From: a virus
Length of the DNA stretch: 33,410 nucleotides
IMG/VR virus record: IMGVR_UViG_3300039008_000017
Strand: one strand, 5' to 3'
This document shows, piece after piece, positions 1 to 7,008 of the stretch. Position 1 is the stretch's first letter. Each line of letters starts with the position of its first letter. The position numbers and the translations under genes are program-made. Under the pieces are notes generated by a model. It saw only the letters and a program-made list of their open reading frames with translations, did no database searches and was not told the DNA's origin.

Positions 1-141
1 ATCAACCAGAGCTTGCTGTTTCTTGGTGAGCTTACGTTGCACAGGCGTATTCATGAACACCCCCCTTACCCCCCTCTTATCCGCCTTGTAGGAACACCTG
101 TCAATGCACAGGCTCAACATGGCCCAGCGTTATTATGGGTG
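1..141. repeat. Terminal direct repeat, left copy (exact duplicate of 33270..33410)
   Basis: Compared base by base: 1-141 equals 33270-33410, and both copies run exactly to the window ends. The left copy redundantly carries the terS promoter, leader and first 18 codons (minus strand, ATG at 54). Confidence 0.95.
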
Positions 142-802
142 TTTGGGGGCGTATGCTTACACATTTCGAACATGGGTGCTTTTGACAACTCTGGGTTGGG
201 CGAATCACTCCCTTTGGTCGTGACCGGGCTACTCATGAACGGAGCCTGCGCTTCGCTTGTCTCCGCCCTTCGGGTGAGTATCCCTTTCGCGGGCTTAGTG
301 ACTTCTGCTGCGCGCTAACGTGCCGAGGATGCCTTCACCCCCTGCCCACCTTCCTTCGTCAGGCTGGGCTGGGGGCTTGTCATCCTAAGCTCCGTTTACT
401 GCTGTGGATGTGCGCCACTCAGGCGTTGCGCCTGCGCACCCGGCAACATCACGTGCGCAGAAGCCGTGCTATTCTTCGCAAGCTCAGGCACGGCTTTGCG
501 CGACTGCCTCATCTAGAGTGAGACACACCACATGTCTTCTTAGAGTAACTTCCAGTTGGGCCTATCCGCGTCCTCATTCGCAATGATCTGCGCGCGGGCC
601 GTCTTTTTCCGTTCTGTTGTGCGAACGCGCTCGCATCCTTCTTTCTATGCCTTTGGCTGTCGTTGCCCTGCACGAAAAAGAAGTCCCGTGCTCGCCCAGC
701 AAGCTGGCGGCTTCGCCGTCATTGCGAACTGCGGGTCGGATATGCAGGAGATCGTTACACCAAGAGAAATGTGGTGTGAGATAGAAAATAGGAGAGAAGA
801 AA

Positions 803-1318
803 ATGACTGACCTGATTAAAGCACTGACCGAAACGCTGACTCAGAACGAGCAAGTCCTTCGTAACGGCGACTGGATTCACACTGACGTGATGTCCTTCCA
901 GCGTAAGATCATCTTCGAAGCGCTGATGGACAAGCTCGACTGGCTCATCAACAGCCCGAAGGGGACCGAGGCATACGTTGCCACCACGCGCGAGCGGGTC
1001 GCTAACGCCCAGCGTCGGTTCACCGGCGACGAGATCAGCACCATGTTCCTGAAGGGGGCAATCGCTGAGGCCAAGGCGGCATCGCTCAAGCAGATGGCAC
1101 TGACCGACCTCTTCGACCAGCTGCAAGCCGCCTACATCGCAGAGAACGGCGACGGCTACACACCCTACGGTCGGGCGCGCCGCTCCAACGTGCGCAGCGA
1201 CGAGCCTTCCGAGATACCGGCAGACCTTGCCGCAGAACTCAAGGCTCTCGGGATGACGCCGACGCTCGGCACCATCGCCAACACGGACGGCGTTGACGAC
1301 ACGCGCGACCTCGCTTGA
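803..1318 (+). CDS. Hypothetical early protein, 171 aa; first gene of the rightward block
   Basis: The ATG is preceded by the purine-rich SD-like tract AGGAGAGAAGAAA. The ORF ends 8 nt before a strong hairpin terminator. No family recognised. Confidence 0.8.
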   Translation: MTDLIKALTETLTQNEQVLRNGDWIHTDVMSFQRKIIFEALMDKLDWLINSPKGTEAYVATTRERVANAQRRFTGDEISTMFLKGAIAEAKAASLKQMALTDLFDQLQAAYIAENGDGYTPYGRARRSNVRSDEPSEIPADLAAELKALGMTPTLGTIANTDGVDDTRDLA

Positions 1319-1325
1319 GGCTAAC

Positions 1326-1360
1326 GGGTCGGCTCCCTTCGGGGGGTCGGCCCTTCTTCT
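1326..1360 (+). terminator. Intrinsic terminator after the first early gene
   Basis: 12-bp stem GGGTCGGCTCCC / GGGGGTCGGCCC with a UUCG tetraloop, followed by TTCTTCT. Three of the pairs are G-U, so the stem is complete only in the + strand transcript. Confidence 0.7.
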
Positions 1361-1602
1361 ACGCTACAGTATAGCACGCGCTGTTAACCTCGCTTCGCTC
1401 GGGCGCGTGTTGGGGTGCAGTAAGCACGAGTAAATCCAGTTGGACTCCTACGTCTACCTCCCAGCGCCAACACCCACGCTCACCACCAAGAGCGACGGTC
1501 GAAAGAAAGAGCGGGGGGAGGGAACGAAAGTGTCGGCGCGCGCCGCGCTCAAACCCAAAGCTCACCAGAGTTTCAAAATCATTTCCTCAGGAGGGAAAAC
1601 AA

Positions 1603-1791
1603 ATGCAACTCAACATCCACAACATCACCAAGATCAAGACAGAGCGGAGGCAGCACAGCCTTGGCGACAGAAGTTTCTTCGTTCTTAGTCTTGATGTTGA
1701 GACTGAGGACAAAGGCACCATGACTCTGTGCCTCTTCAGCGATGAGCCTATCGTGCTTATCGGCCCAGCAATGACCGAGGTGTGTTCATGA
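1603..1791 (+). CDS. Hypothetical protein, 62 aa
   Basis: Strong SD AGGAGGG lies 7 nt upstream of the ATG. The stop overlaps the next start (ATGA). Confidence 0.7.
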   Translation: MQLNIHNITKIKTERRQHSLGDRSFFVLSLDVETEDKGTMTLCLFSDEPIVLIGPAMTEVCS

Positions 1792-1871
1792 AACATCTCA
1801 TCACTGATCTCATCGGGGTGGTGGCGGTCTTCGCCATCCCCTTCATGTTTCTCATCATCTTCGGAGTTTAA
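1788..1871 (+). CDS. Micro-ORF, 27 aa hydrophobic peptide MKHLITDLIGVVAVFAIPFMFLIIFGV (single predicted TM)
   Basis: Not in the ORF track (<60 aa). ATGA overlap with the upstream stop, and its TAA lies 1 nt before the next ATG (1873), so it fills the gap exactly. Confidence 0.4.
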   Translation: MKHLITDLIGVVAVFAIPFMFLIIFGV

Positions 1872-1872
1872 C

Positions 1873-2106
1873 ATGGCAGACCTCAAAGCAATCGAACGCC
1901 GTGAAGCGCAGCGCCCACCCTCTTGGCACGGCAGCCCATACGACAGGGGTTCAGCTGACAGCTGGTATCGACGCCCGCCTCAGCCCCACTACTACAAGGG
2001 CTTCAGTCGAATCGAAGAAGACGACATGCTCAAAGAGGAGGTCGAAGCCTACCTTCTCGGCTATCGTGAGAACGAAGAAGCCAACCTTCACAAAGACTAC
2101 CGCTAA
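1873..2106 (+). CDS. Hypothetical protein, 77 aa (SPYDRGSADSWYRRPPQPHYY motif)
   Basis: ATG start with tight packing. The aromatic/Arg-rich motif looks like a conserved small phage protein, but I cannot name a family. Confidence 0.7.
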   Translation: MADLKAIERREAQRPPSWHGSPYDRGSADSWYRRPPQPHYYKGFSRIEEDDMLKEEVEAYLLGYRENEEANLHKDYR

Positions 2107-2120
2107 CAGGAGATTAAATA

Positions 2121-2954
2121 ATGTTCGACATCGCAACGAATGACTGGGACTTCCCGGTCGAGCTTCAGCCTGTCTTCGATGCCCGGGGGATTGAAATTCC
2201 GGGCTCATCCGCAGTCGTGCGCACCGACAACCACAATGTCCTCGGTGTTCACGGCTCCCGCTATCGCCTCGTTCCCAACAGCACCATCGTTGAGTCAGTC
2301 ATCGACGCAGTGAAGGAGGCCAACCTCAGTCGTGACTATGACCTCAAGTTCTACACCGCTGACGGCGGGGCCAAGATGCGCGGTGAGATTCTGTTCAATG
2401 ACATCACCGTTCAGCCTGCGGTCGGTGACTACGTTCGCTTTCGTGTCAGCTTCTTCAACAGTTACGATGGTAGCTGGTCCTTTCAAGCTAACGCAGAAGG
2501 CTTGCGCTTGTGGTGTCTCAATGGCTGCACCACGCCCGACGCTGTGGCTCGCAGCAAGTTCAAGCACACCCAGTCAATCAACATCGAAGGCACCGCTGAC
2601 AAGATTGGTCAGGGCCTCAACGCCTTCATGCAATCGCCTGAGCTGTGGCGTGAGTGGATGCGAGTGCAGGTCAGCGATGAGATGGCCGAGACTTTCTTCA
2701 AGCACACGCTGGCCAAGTCCTTCACCCGTCAGGTCAACACCACCAAGACCAACGAGAAGCAGCTTGAGAACCTGCTGGGTATCTGGCGCAACGAGAAGCG
2801 TGAGCTGGGCGCTAACAAGTGGGCGCTCTACAACGCCATGACCTACTGGTCGAGCCACACTTCTGACCTCAAGAACCCTGAGGTCTCTCGCCGCAACCGT
2901 GAAGATCAGATTGCTCGCACCATGAACAGCAACAAGTGGATGGAGATTGCATAA
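2121..2954 (+). CDS. DUF932/DUF945-like phage/plasmid protein, 277 aa
   Basis: SD AGGAG lies 8 nt upstream. The motifs FFNSYDGSWSF, RLWCLNGC and KFKHTQS match the remembered DUF932 pattern (NSxDGSxxF, RxxCxNG, xxHT). Confidence 0.75.
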   Translation: MFDIATNDWDFPVELQPVFDARGIEIPGSSAVVRTDNHNVLGVHGSRYRLVPNSTIVESVIDAVKEANLSRDYDLKFYTADGGAKMRGEILFNDITVQPAVGDYVRFRVSFFNSYDGSWSFQANAEGLRLWCLNGCTTPDAVARSKFKHTQSINIEGTADKIGQGLNAFMQSPELWREWMRVQVSDEMAETFFKHTLAKSFTRQVNTTKTNEKQLENLLGIWRNEKRELGANKWALYNAMTYWSSHTSDLKNPEVSRRNREDQIARTMNSNKWMEIA

Positions 2955-3160
2955 TGAAAAGCTGGGTGACTAGCCAACACGGGCTGACTGTCTTCTCTGA
3001 TGAGGGTGACCTCGTTGCAGAGTTTGACCTGACTGAAGCCATGAAAATTGCCAACGCAATCTACGACGCAGTCTATGAGGTGGCCGAGGCAAACCTATCA
3101 GAGCCGCACATCAAGCGCACTGAACAGTTTGAAGTGCTCCGACTGAAAGGAATGATATGA
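2954..3160 (+). CDS. Hypothetical protein, 68 aa
   Basis: The ATG at 2954 overlaps the upstream TAA (TAATG). The track ORF starts at an upstream GTG (2936), which I trimmed. Confidence 0.65.
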   Translation: MKSWVTSQHGLTVFSDEGDLVAEFDLTEAMKIANAIYDAVYEVAEANLSEPHIKRTEQFEVLRLKGMI

Positions 3161-3453
3161 AACACCGAGTCCTGAACCACGCTGACAACATCATTCACGG
3201 TGCGCGTCAGCGTGACTATGGCGAAGCCGAACACTCCTTCGATGCAGCCGCTGCAATGTGGTCAGCCTACCTTGGCTGCCCCATCAAAGCTGAGCAGGTG
3301 GCCATGTGCATGATCCTCCTGAAGATCAGCAGGTGCAGAGAAGAACCACAGTTCGACAGCCTCGTTGACATCTGCGGTTACGCCGCACTCACCGACACCA
3401 TCAAGAACGGAGCGCGCTATGTCGCTGAACCTGAAGAAGCCTACGACGTTTGA
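3157..3453 (+). CDS. DUF6378-like protein, 98 aa
   Basis: ATGA overlap with the upstream gene. The pattern GARQRDYG...AAMWSAYLG...AEQVAMCMILLKISR...DSLVDICGYAAL matches my memory of the DUF6378 signature. Confidence 0.7.
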   Translation: MKHRVLNHADNIIHGARQRDYGEAEHSFDAAAAMWSAYLGCPIKAEQVAMCMILLKISRCREEPQFDSLVDICGYAALTDTIKNGARYVAEPEEAYDV

Positions 3454-3655
3454 GCAGATGGCAGATGACTTTGGTGCATCTGCCTCTTGGCCCACGCAGA
3501 TTCTTGTGTGGGCTGACATCCTTGCGGCTCACAATCCCGGCTTTGACCGTGATAAGTTTGTGCGCCGAGCAACTAAGAAGTGGGAAGAAACTTGTGAGCC
3601 AACACCAGACTACGACCTCGAGTGTGACGAAGACTTCCTTAAGTATCTTGTATGA
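3419..3655 (+). CDS. Hypothetical protein, 78 aa (alternative start 3458, 65 aa)
   Basis: The ATG at 3419 has GGAG 6 nt upstream and overlaps the previous gene by 35 nt. The ATG at 3458 avoids the overlap but has a weak SD. Confidence 0.55.
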   Translation: MSLNLKKPTTFEQMADDFGASASWPTQILVWADILAAHNPGFDRDKFVRRATKKWEETCEPTPDYDLECDEDFLKYLV

Positions 3656-3677
3656 AGAGGCTTACGCTGAGAAGTGG

Positions 3678-3998
3678 ATGGCACTCGCAAAGCGGGAGGG
3701 GCATCGCCCCTCTCCACCAGCCGACGCCACCAAGCAAGCTCAGCTCCAAGCCATCGCAAGGAAGGGCGCACAAGCCACGCTAAGAAAGCGTGTGACCGAG
3801 TCAGCAGGCGAGAAGATGTGCAACCGAGCCATGTTCCTCGCCAAAAAGCACCCGCCCCTCATGAGCCGTCACCTTGTCTCCAAGTATGGGGTGACTGAAA
3901 GCTACAGCCGCAAGATCATTATGAAGCTGAGCCAGCAGGGCAAGATCAAGTGCATTGGACAAGACGAGTTCAATGCAAAGATGTGGGTTCCTCGTTGA
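3678..3998 (+). CDS. Hypothetical protein, 106 aa; possible winged-helix DNA-binding protein
   Basis: This is the first in-frame ATG after the upstream stop. The C-terminal segment LVSKYGVTESYSRKIIMKLSQQGKIKCIG looks like a wHTH recognition helix plus wing. The upstream part of the track ORF (3450-) overlaps real genes and was trimmed. Confidence 0.5.
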   Translation: MALAKREGHRPSPPADATKQAQLQAIARKGAQATLRKRVTESAGEKMCNRAMFLAKKHPPLMSRHLVSKYGVTESYSRKIIMKLSQQGKIKCIGQDEFNAKMWVPR

Positions 3999-4162
3999 CA
4001 GGCTGACTGCACTTGTGCAACAACACCCATGCCAGCGCACACGCACTATCAACAATCGAAAAAACTGTCACGGTTTTCGCAGAGTTGGTCGCGCGCTACC
4101 GAATGCGCCACATTCCGTGCGCTGGCAAACCGCTTTCTGACGGTGTGCTGCGTAAAATCTTG

Positions 4163-4176
4163 GAAGATGCATCTTC
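4163..4176. promoter_or_regulatory. Perfect 14-bp palindrome GAAGATGCATCTTC (candidate operator)
   Basis: Seen directly in the sequence. It lies in the 358-bp non-coding gap upstream of a putative HTH gene. Its function is inferred only. Confidence 0.3.
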
Positions 4177-4316
4177 GGACCTTACGCTAGATGGCAGCAC
4201 ACCTCCAGAGCGCGGCGCTAGGCGGTAGGATAGCCCACCATGCGGAGTTGATCGCCTGCATGATGTTCGGAAGTGGGATGCCGCGCTCAACAATTCTAAG
4301 ACCCTGAACACAGGGC

Positions 4317-4338
4317 CACCGGGTTTGATCTCCCGGTG
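4317..4338 (+). promoter_or_regulatory. Hairpin CACCGGG-N8-CCCGGTG immediately upstream of the RBS of the 4357 gene
   Basis: Perfect 7-bp stem with an 8-nt loop and no U-tract. It ends 9 nt before AGGA and 18 nt before the ATG at 4357. Confidence 0.3.
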
Positions 4339-4356
4339 TCGGAACGCAGGAATCAA

Positions 4357-4593
4357 ATGTCCAACCGTCTTCAAAGTTACCTTGAGATTCTTCAGGCCAA
4401 GTCTGAAGAGCTAGGGGTGAGCCTGCTCGACGCCTTTAAGTGGAAAGACATTTCTGATTCTACCTACTACCGCACGATAAACGGAGACACTGAGCTGCGC
4501 TACGATACAGCGCGCACAGTCAATCATGCACTGCATGAACTCTATGCCCTGCGGAAGCACCGTGAAGCGCTCAAGAAATCCAAGGCTGGGTAA
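4357..4593 (+). CDS. Hypothetical protein, 78 aa; possible small HTH regulator
   Basis: The ATG has AGGA upstream (the track uses a GTG at 4336). The segment LLDAFKWKDISDSTYYRTINGDTELRYDTARTV resembles an HTH. Confidence 0.65.
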   Translation: MSNRLQSYLEILQAKSEELGVSLLDAFKWKDISDSTYYRTINGDTELRYDTARTVNHALHELYALRKHREALKKSKAG

Positions 4594-4701
4594 GCAAGCC
4601 ATGTGCGAAGCATGTGAGCAGCTTGCAGATCACTACGTCTGCATACTCAAAGACTTGGACTCTTGTTGGACAATCTGCATTCGCTGCTACAGGGATGAAA
4701 C

Positions 4702-5046
4702 ATGGCCAACCGTAATAAGAACAAGGGGAGCTACCACGAGCGATGGTTCGTCAACTGGCTCCAATCCCTCGGCATCAAAGCCAAGCGCCAGCCCCTCTCA
4801 GGATCACTGGGAGGCGAGTATAGCGGCGACATCAAGCTCGAAATCTTGGGACACGAGCTGGTAGCAGAGGTCAAATACAGAGACAGCTCGGGCTTCCCCA
4901 GCCCCTTCTCTGTCTTGGATAACAGAGACATTGCTCTCTACAAAAGACGGCGGGGAACGCCGCAAACCCTAGTCATCATGAGCGGCGAGGTGTTCGCCAA
5001 ACTGTTAGGAGAAGATGATGAATCAGAAACAGGGCATCCTGAATGA
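4702..5046 (+). CDS. Holliday-junction resolvase, archaeal Hjc-like PD-(D/E)xK nuclease, 114 aa
   Basis: NKGSYHERWFVNWLQSLG ... SGDIKL ... LVAEVKYR reproduces the Hjc pattern KG-x2-ER...G...(S/P)D...E-x-K. Confidence 0.8.
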   Translation: MANRNKNKGSYHERWFVNWLQSLGIKAKRQPLSGSLGGEYSGDIKLEILGHELVAEVKYRDSSGFPSPFSVLDNRDIALYKRRRGTPQTLVIMSGEVFAKLLGEDDESETGHPE

Positions 5047-5245
5047 CCTGATGCAAGGTCGCAAGATCACACCCATCGACGCGCTTGAGAAGCATGGGTG
5101 CTTTCGTCTGGCCTCACGCATCCACGACCTTCGCAAAGAAGGCTGGCCGATATTCAAGGAGATAATACAACATCCCTTCGAAGCTCAGGTTCAATACGCT
5201 GAGTATCGGCTCGACCCCAACAAAGACAACTGGCCGACCGCATGA
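5015..5245 (+). CDS. Winged-helix DNA-binding protein (HTH_39-like), 76 aa
   Basis: SD AGGAGAAG precedes ATGATG. ITPIDALEKHGCFRLASRIHDLRKEGWPI matches the remembered motif (GxxRLAARIxELRxxGxxI). Confidence 0.75.
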   Translation: MMNQKQGILNDLMQGRKITPIDALEKHGCFRLASRIHDLRKEGWPIFKEIIQHPFEAQVQYAEYRLDPNKDNWPTA

Positions 5246-5511
5246 GTCCCAAGGTGAGGCAAGCTGTAGCCATAGCAGCAGCCGAGACAGGCATCTCACC
5301 TGAAGACATCATGGACATGACCACCAAGGTTAAGCCTATCACCCGTGCAAGGTGGTTGGCTTGGCTTGCCCTTCGCAACGAAGGCTGGTCACTGTGCAAG
5401 ATTGCAATGGTCTGGGGGTGCCATCACACTTCTGTGTGCCACGGCACAAACACACTCAAGATGGAGATGAAGAATGACAGTCGTAAACTTGCGGCAACCA
5501 CCGAAGCCTGA
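5242..5511 (+). CDS. DnaA C-terminal (domain IV) like HTH protein, 89 aa
   Basis: ATGA overlap with the upstream gene. ITRARWLAWLALRNEGWSLCKIAMVWGCHHTSVCHG parallels the DnaA domain IV pattern (ARQIAMYL..E.T..SL..IG..FG.RDHTTV.HA). Confidence 0.65.
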   Translation: MSPKVRQAVAIAAAETGISPEDIMDMTTKVKPITRARWLAWLALRNEGWSLCKIAMVWGCHHTSVCHGTNTLKMEMKNDSRKLAATTEA

Positions 5512-5770
5512 AGAACTCTTCGATGCGTTCTGGAATGCGTATCCCAAGCGCGTAGGCAAGGGCCATGCACGCCGTGCGTTTGCTAATGCCTGCAAGATAG
5601 CTGACCCGAACACCATTGTGCTGGGTGCCATGCGCTTCGCTGACCACATCCGCAACGAGCAGACACCCATGCAGTATGTTCCCTACCCTGCGACGTGGCT
5701 CAACGGCGAGCGCTGGGATGACGAGCTATGGCAGAGCGAATCTGACTGGGGAGACTTCGATGAACTATGA
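5474..5770 (+). CDS. Hypothetical protein, 98 aa (FDAFWNAYPKRVGKGHARRAF ... PATWLNGERWDDE motif)
   Basis: GGAG lies 9 nt upstream of the ATG. The ORF overlaps the previous gene by 38 nt. The motif recurs in replication modules of temperate phages as I remember them, but the family name is uncertain. Confidence 0.65.
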   Translation: MTVVNLRQPPKPEELFDAFWNAYPKRVGKGHARRAFANACKIADPNTIVLGAMRFADHIRNEQTPMQYVPYPATWLNGERWDDELWQSESDWGDFDEL

Positions 5771-6263
5771 GATGCGCATGGAGATGGTGCGAGGCTGGCT
5801 CAAGAAGGAGGTGCTGCCTCGCTTCTCCGCCCCTTCCAACGTGGACAAGGCCGTTGCCCTACAAGATGTGGCCGAGGCTGTGAATGCTAACCTGCCTCGT
5901 GTCGATTCGGGTGAGCGGTTTACTCACTACCTGACAGGGGTAGCCAAGCATGTGGTGCAACATGCGCGTGGCCGCACCCTGCCTACACCCAAGGACTTCA
6001 TCGACGCCTGCCGTGAGGTGACCAAGGCCAAAGCGGTCGGCGTCAGCTTCAAGCAAGCCACCAAGTTTTGCCCATACAAAATCACCGAGCAAAGAGTGAA
6101 GTCGGGCGAAGCCATCAGCAGCACATGGCTGACTGATCGAATGTTGGACGACCTAATCGCCAACACCAACTTGACAATGGAGGATTTAACCCCTTACATT
6201 GTCGCACATAAGCAGTCTGGAGAGACAGAAGATCATGAACAGAATGGGATTCATCGGTGGTAG
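5760..6263 (+). CDS. Hypothetical protein, 167 aa
   Basis: The ATG at 5760 overlaps the upstream stop. The upstream part of the track ORF (5616-) overlaps the previous gene and was trimmed. Confidence 0.65.
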   Translation: MNYEMRMEMVRGWLKKEVLPRFSAPSNVDKAVALQDVAEAVNANLPRVDSGERFTHYLTGVAKHVVQHARGRTLPTPKDFIDACREVTKAKAVGVSFKQATKFCPYKITEQRVKSGEAISSTWLTDRMLDDLIANTNLTMEDLTPYIVAHKQSGETEDHEQNGIHRW

Positions 6264-7008
6264 TGATACCATCAAGATCATGCAAGGCGACTGGCTTGAA
6301 CTCTGGCAGGTCAAGACTGGACGAGCAGCGCCTGCGGACCTCAGTGACAACATTGCTGTGCAGCTTGGGATTCATACCGAGCCCTTCAACCTCAAGTGGT
6401 TCGAGCAGCGCGTCGGCTTCAAGGTCACGGGCCACCAGAAAATGTTCTTCGACAACATCGGAGACATCCCGATCAAAGCCACCATCGACGGCATCACGGG
6501 CGACAACGAAATCGTAGAAGCCAAGCACACTCACGCTCACAACAGCATGGAGTCCCTGCTCGAATACTACATGCCCCAGCTTCAGACCTACATCAGGGCG
6601 GCTGACGCTAAGGGTGCGTGGCTCTCTGCGATCTTCGGCAACAACAAGTGGGAGGCGTCATACGTTGCCAGAGACGATAAGTATTTCGCTTCTATGTGGG
6701 CCGTGGTGTCAGACTTCTGGGCTTACGTTCTACGCGATGAAGAGCCGCTTGGCTTCAGTGTCCCCGACCTCAGCATCGACCGCATTGCGGTGGACGACAT
6801 GGTCAAGCGTGACGCCAGCACAGACAACGCCTTCATCGACGCCGCCCACACCTACGTCGAGAACGAAGATCAGGCTCGTGCATTCGAGGGAGCCAAGAAG
6901 AGCCTGAAGGAGATGGTCGCAGACAATGAGCGTGAAGTTTACTGCGACCTGCTCACCGTCAAGCGCGCCAAGAACGGCTCGCTGCGCATCACAAAAAGGA
7001 GAGGATGA
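6235..7008 (+). CDS. YqaJ-type (lambda Exo-like) recombination exonuclease, 257 aa
   Basis: GFIGGSDTIKIMQG near the N-terminus and DGITGDNEIVEAKHT (a D...E-x-K PD-(D/E)xK core) fit YqaJ. The gene lies directly upstream of an annealase-like gene. The track start (6199) is TTG; the ATG at 6235 is preferred. Confidence 0.8.
   Translation: MNRMGFIGGSDTIKIMQGDWLELWQVKTGRAAPADLSDNIAVQLGIHTEPFNLKWFEQRVGFKVTGHQKMFFDNIGDIPIKATIDGITGDNEIVEAKHTHAHNSMESLLEYYMPQLQTYIRAADAKGAWLSAIFGNNKWEASYVARDDKYFASMWAVVSDFWAYVLRDEEPLGFSVPDLSIDRIAVDDMVKRDASTDNAFIDAAHTYVENEDQARAFEGAKKSLKEMVADNEREVYCDLLTVKRAKNGSLRITKRRG

Noticed and set aside
76-84. DnaA-box-like TTATCCGCC as evidence for a replication origin.
   Set aside because: It is a single 7/9 match that coincides with the -10 element of the terS promoter. 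No cluster of boxes or AT-rich unwinding element lies nearby.
13-810. Track ORFs 13-318, 404-586 and 556-810 in the large non-coding region.
   Set aside because: They start at TTG or GTG, have no SD and have implausible composition. The first is antisense to the terS 5' end, and the last runs into the SD and start of the 803 gene.
4265-4346. Possible tRNA: a 6/7 acceptor-like pairing (GTTCGGA / TCGGAAC), a D-arm-like stem and a T-arm-like hairpin.
   Set aside because: The T-arm candidate has a 7-bp stem and an 8-nt loop without the TTC motif. The D-loop lacks GG, and no anticodon stem can be formed. I treat it as a plain hairpin.
4013-4374. Track ORFs 4013-4228 (+) and 4096-4374 (-) in the 358-bp gap.
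   Set aside because: Both start at TTG with no SD, are Arg/Ser-rich and overlap each other. The region is better explained as regulatory DNA.
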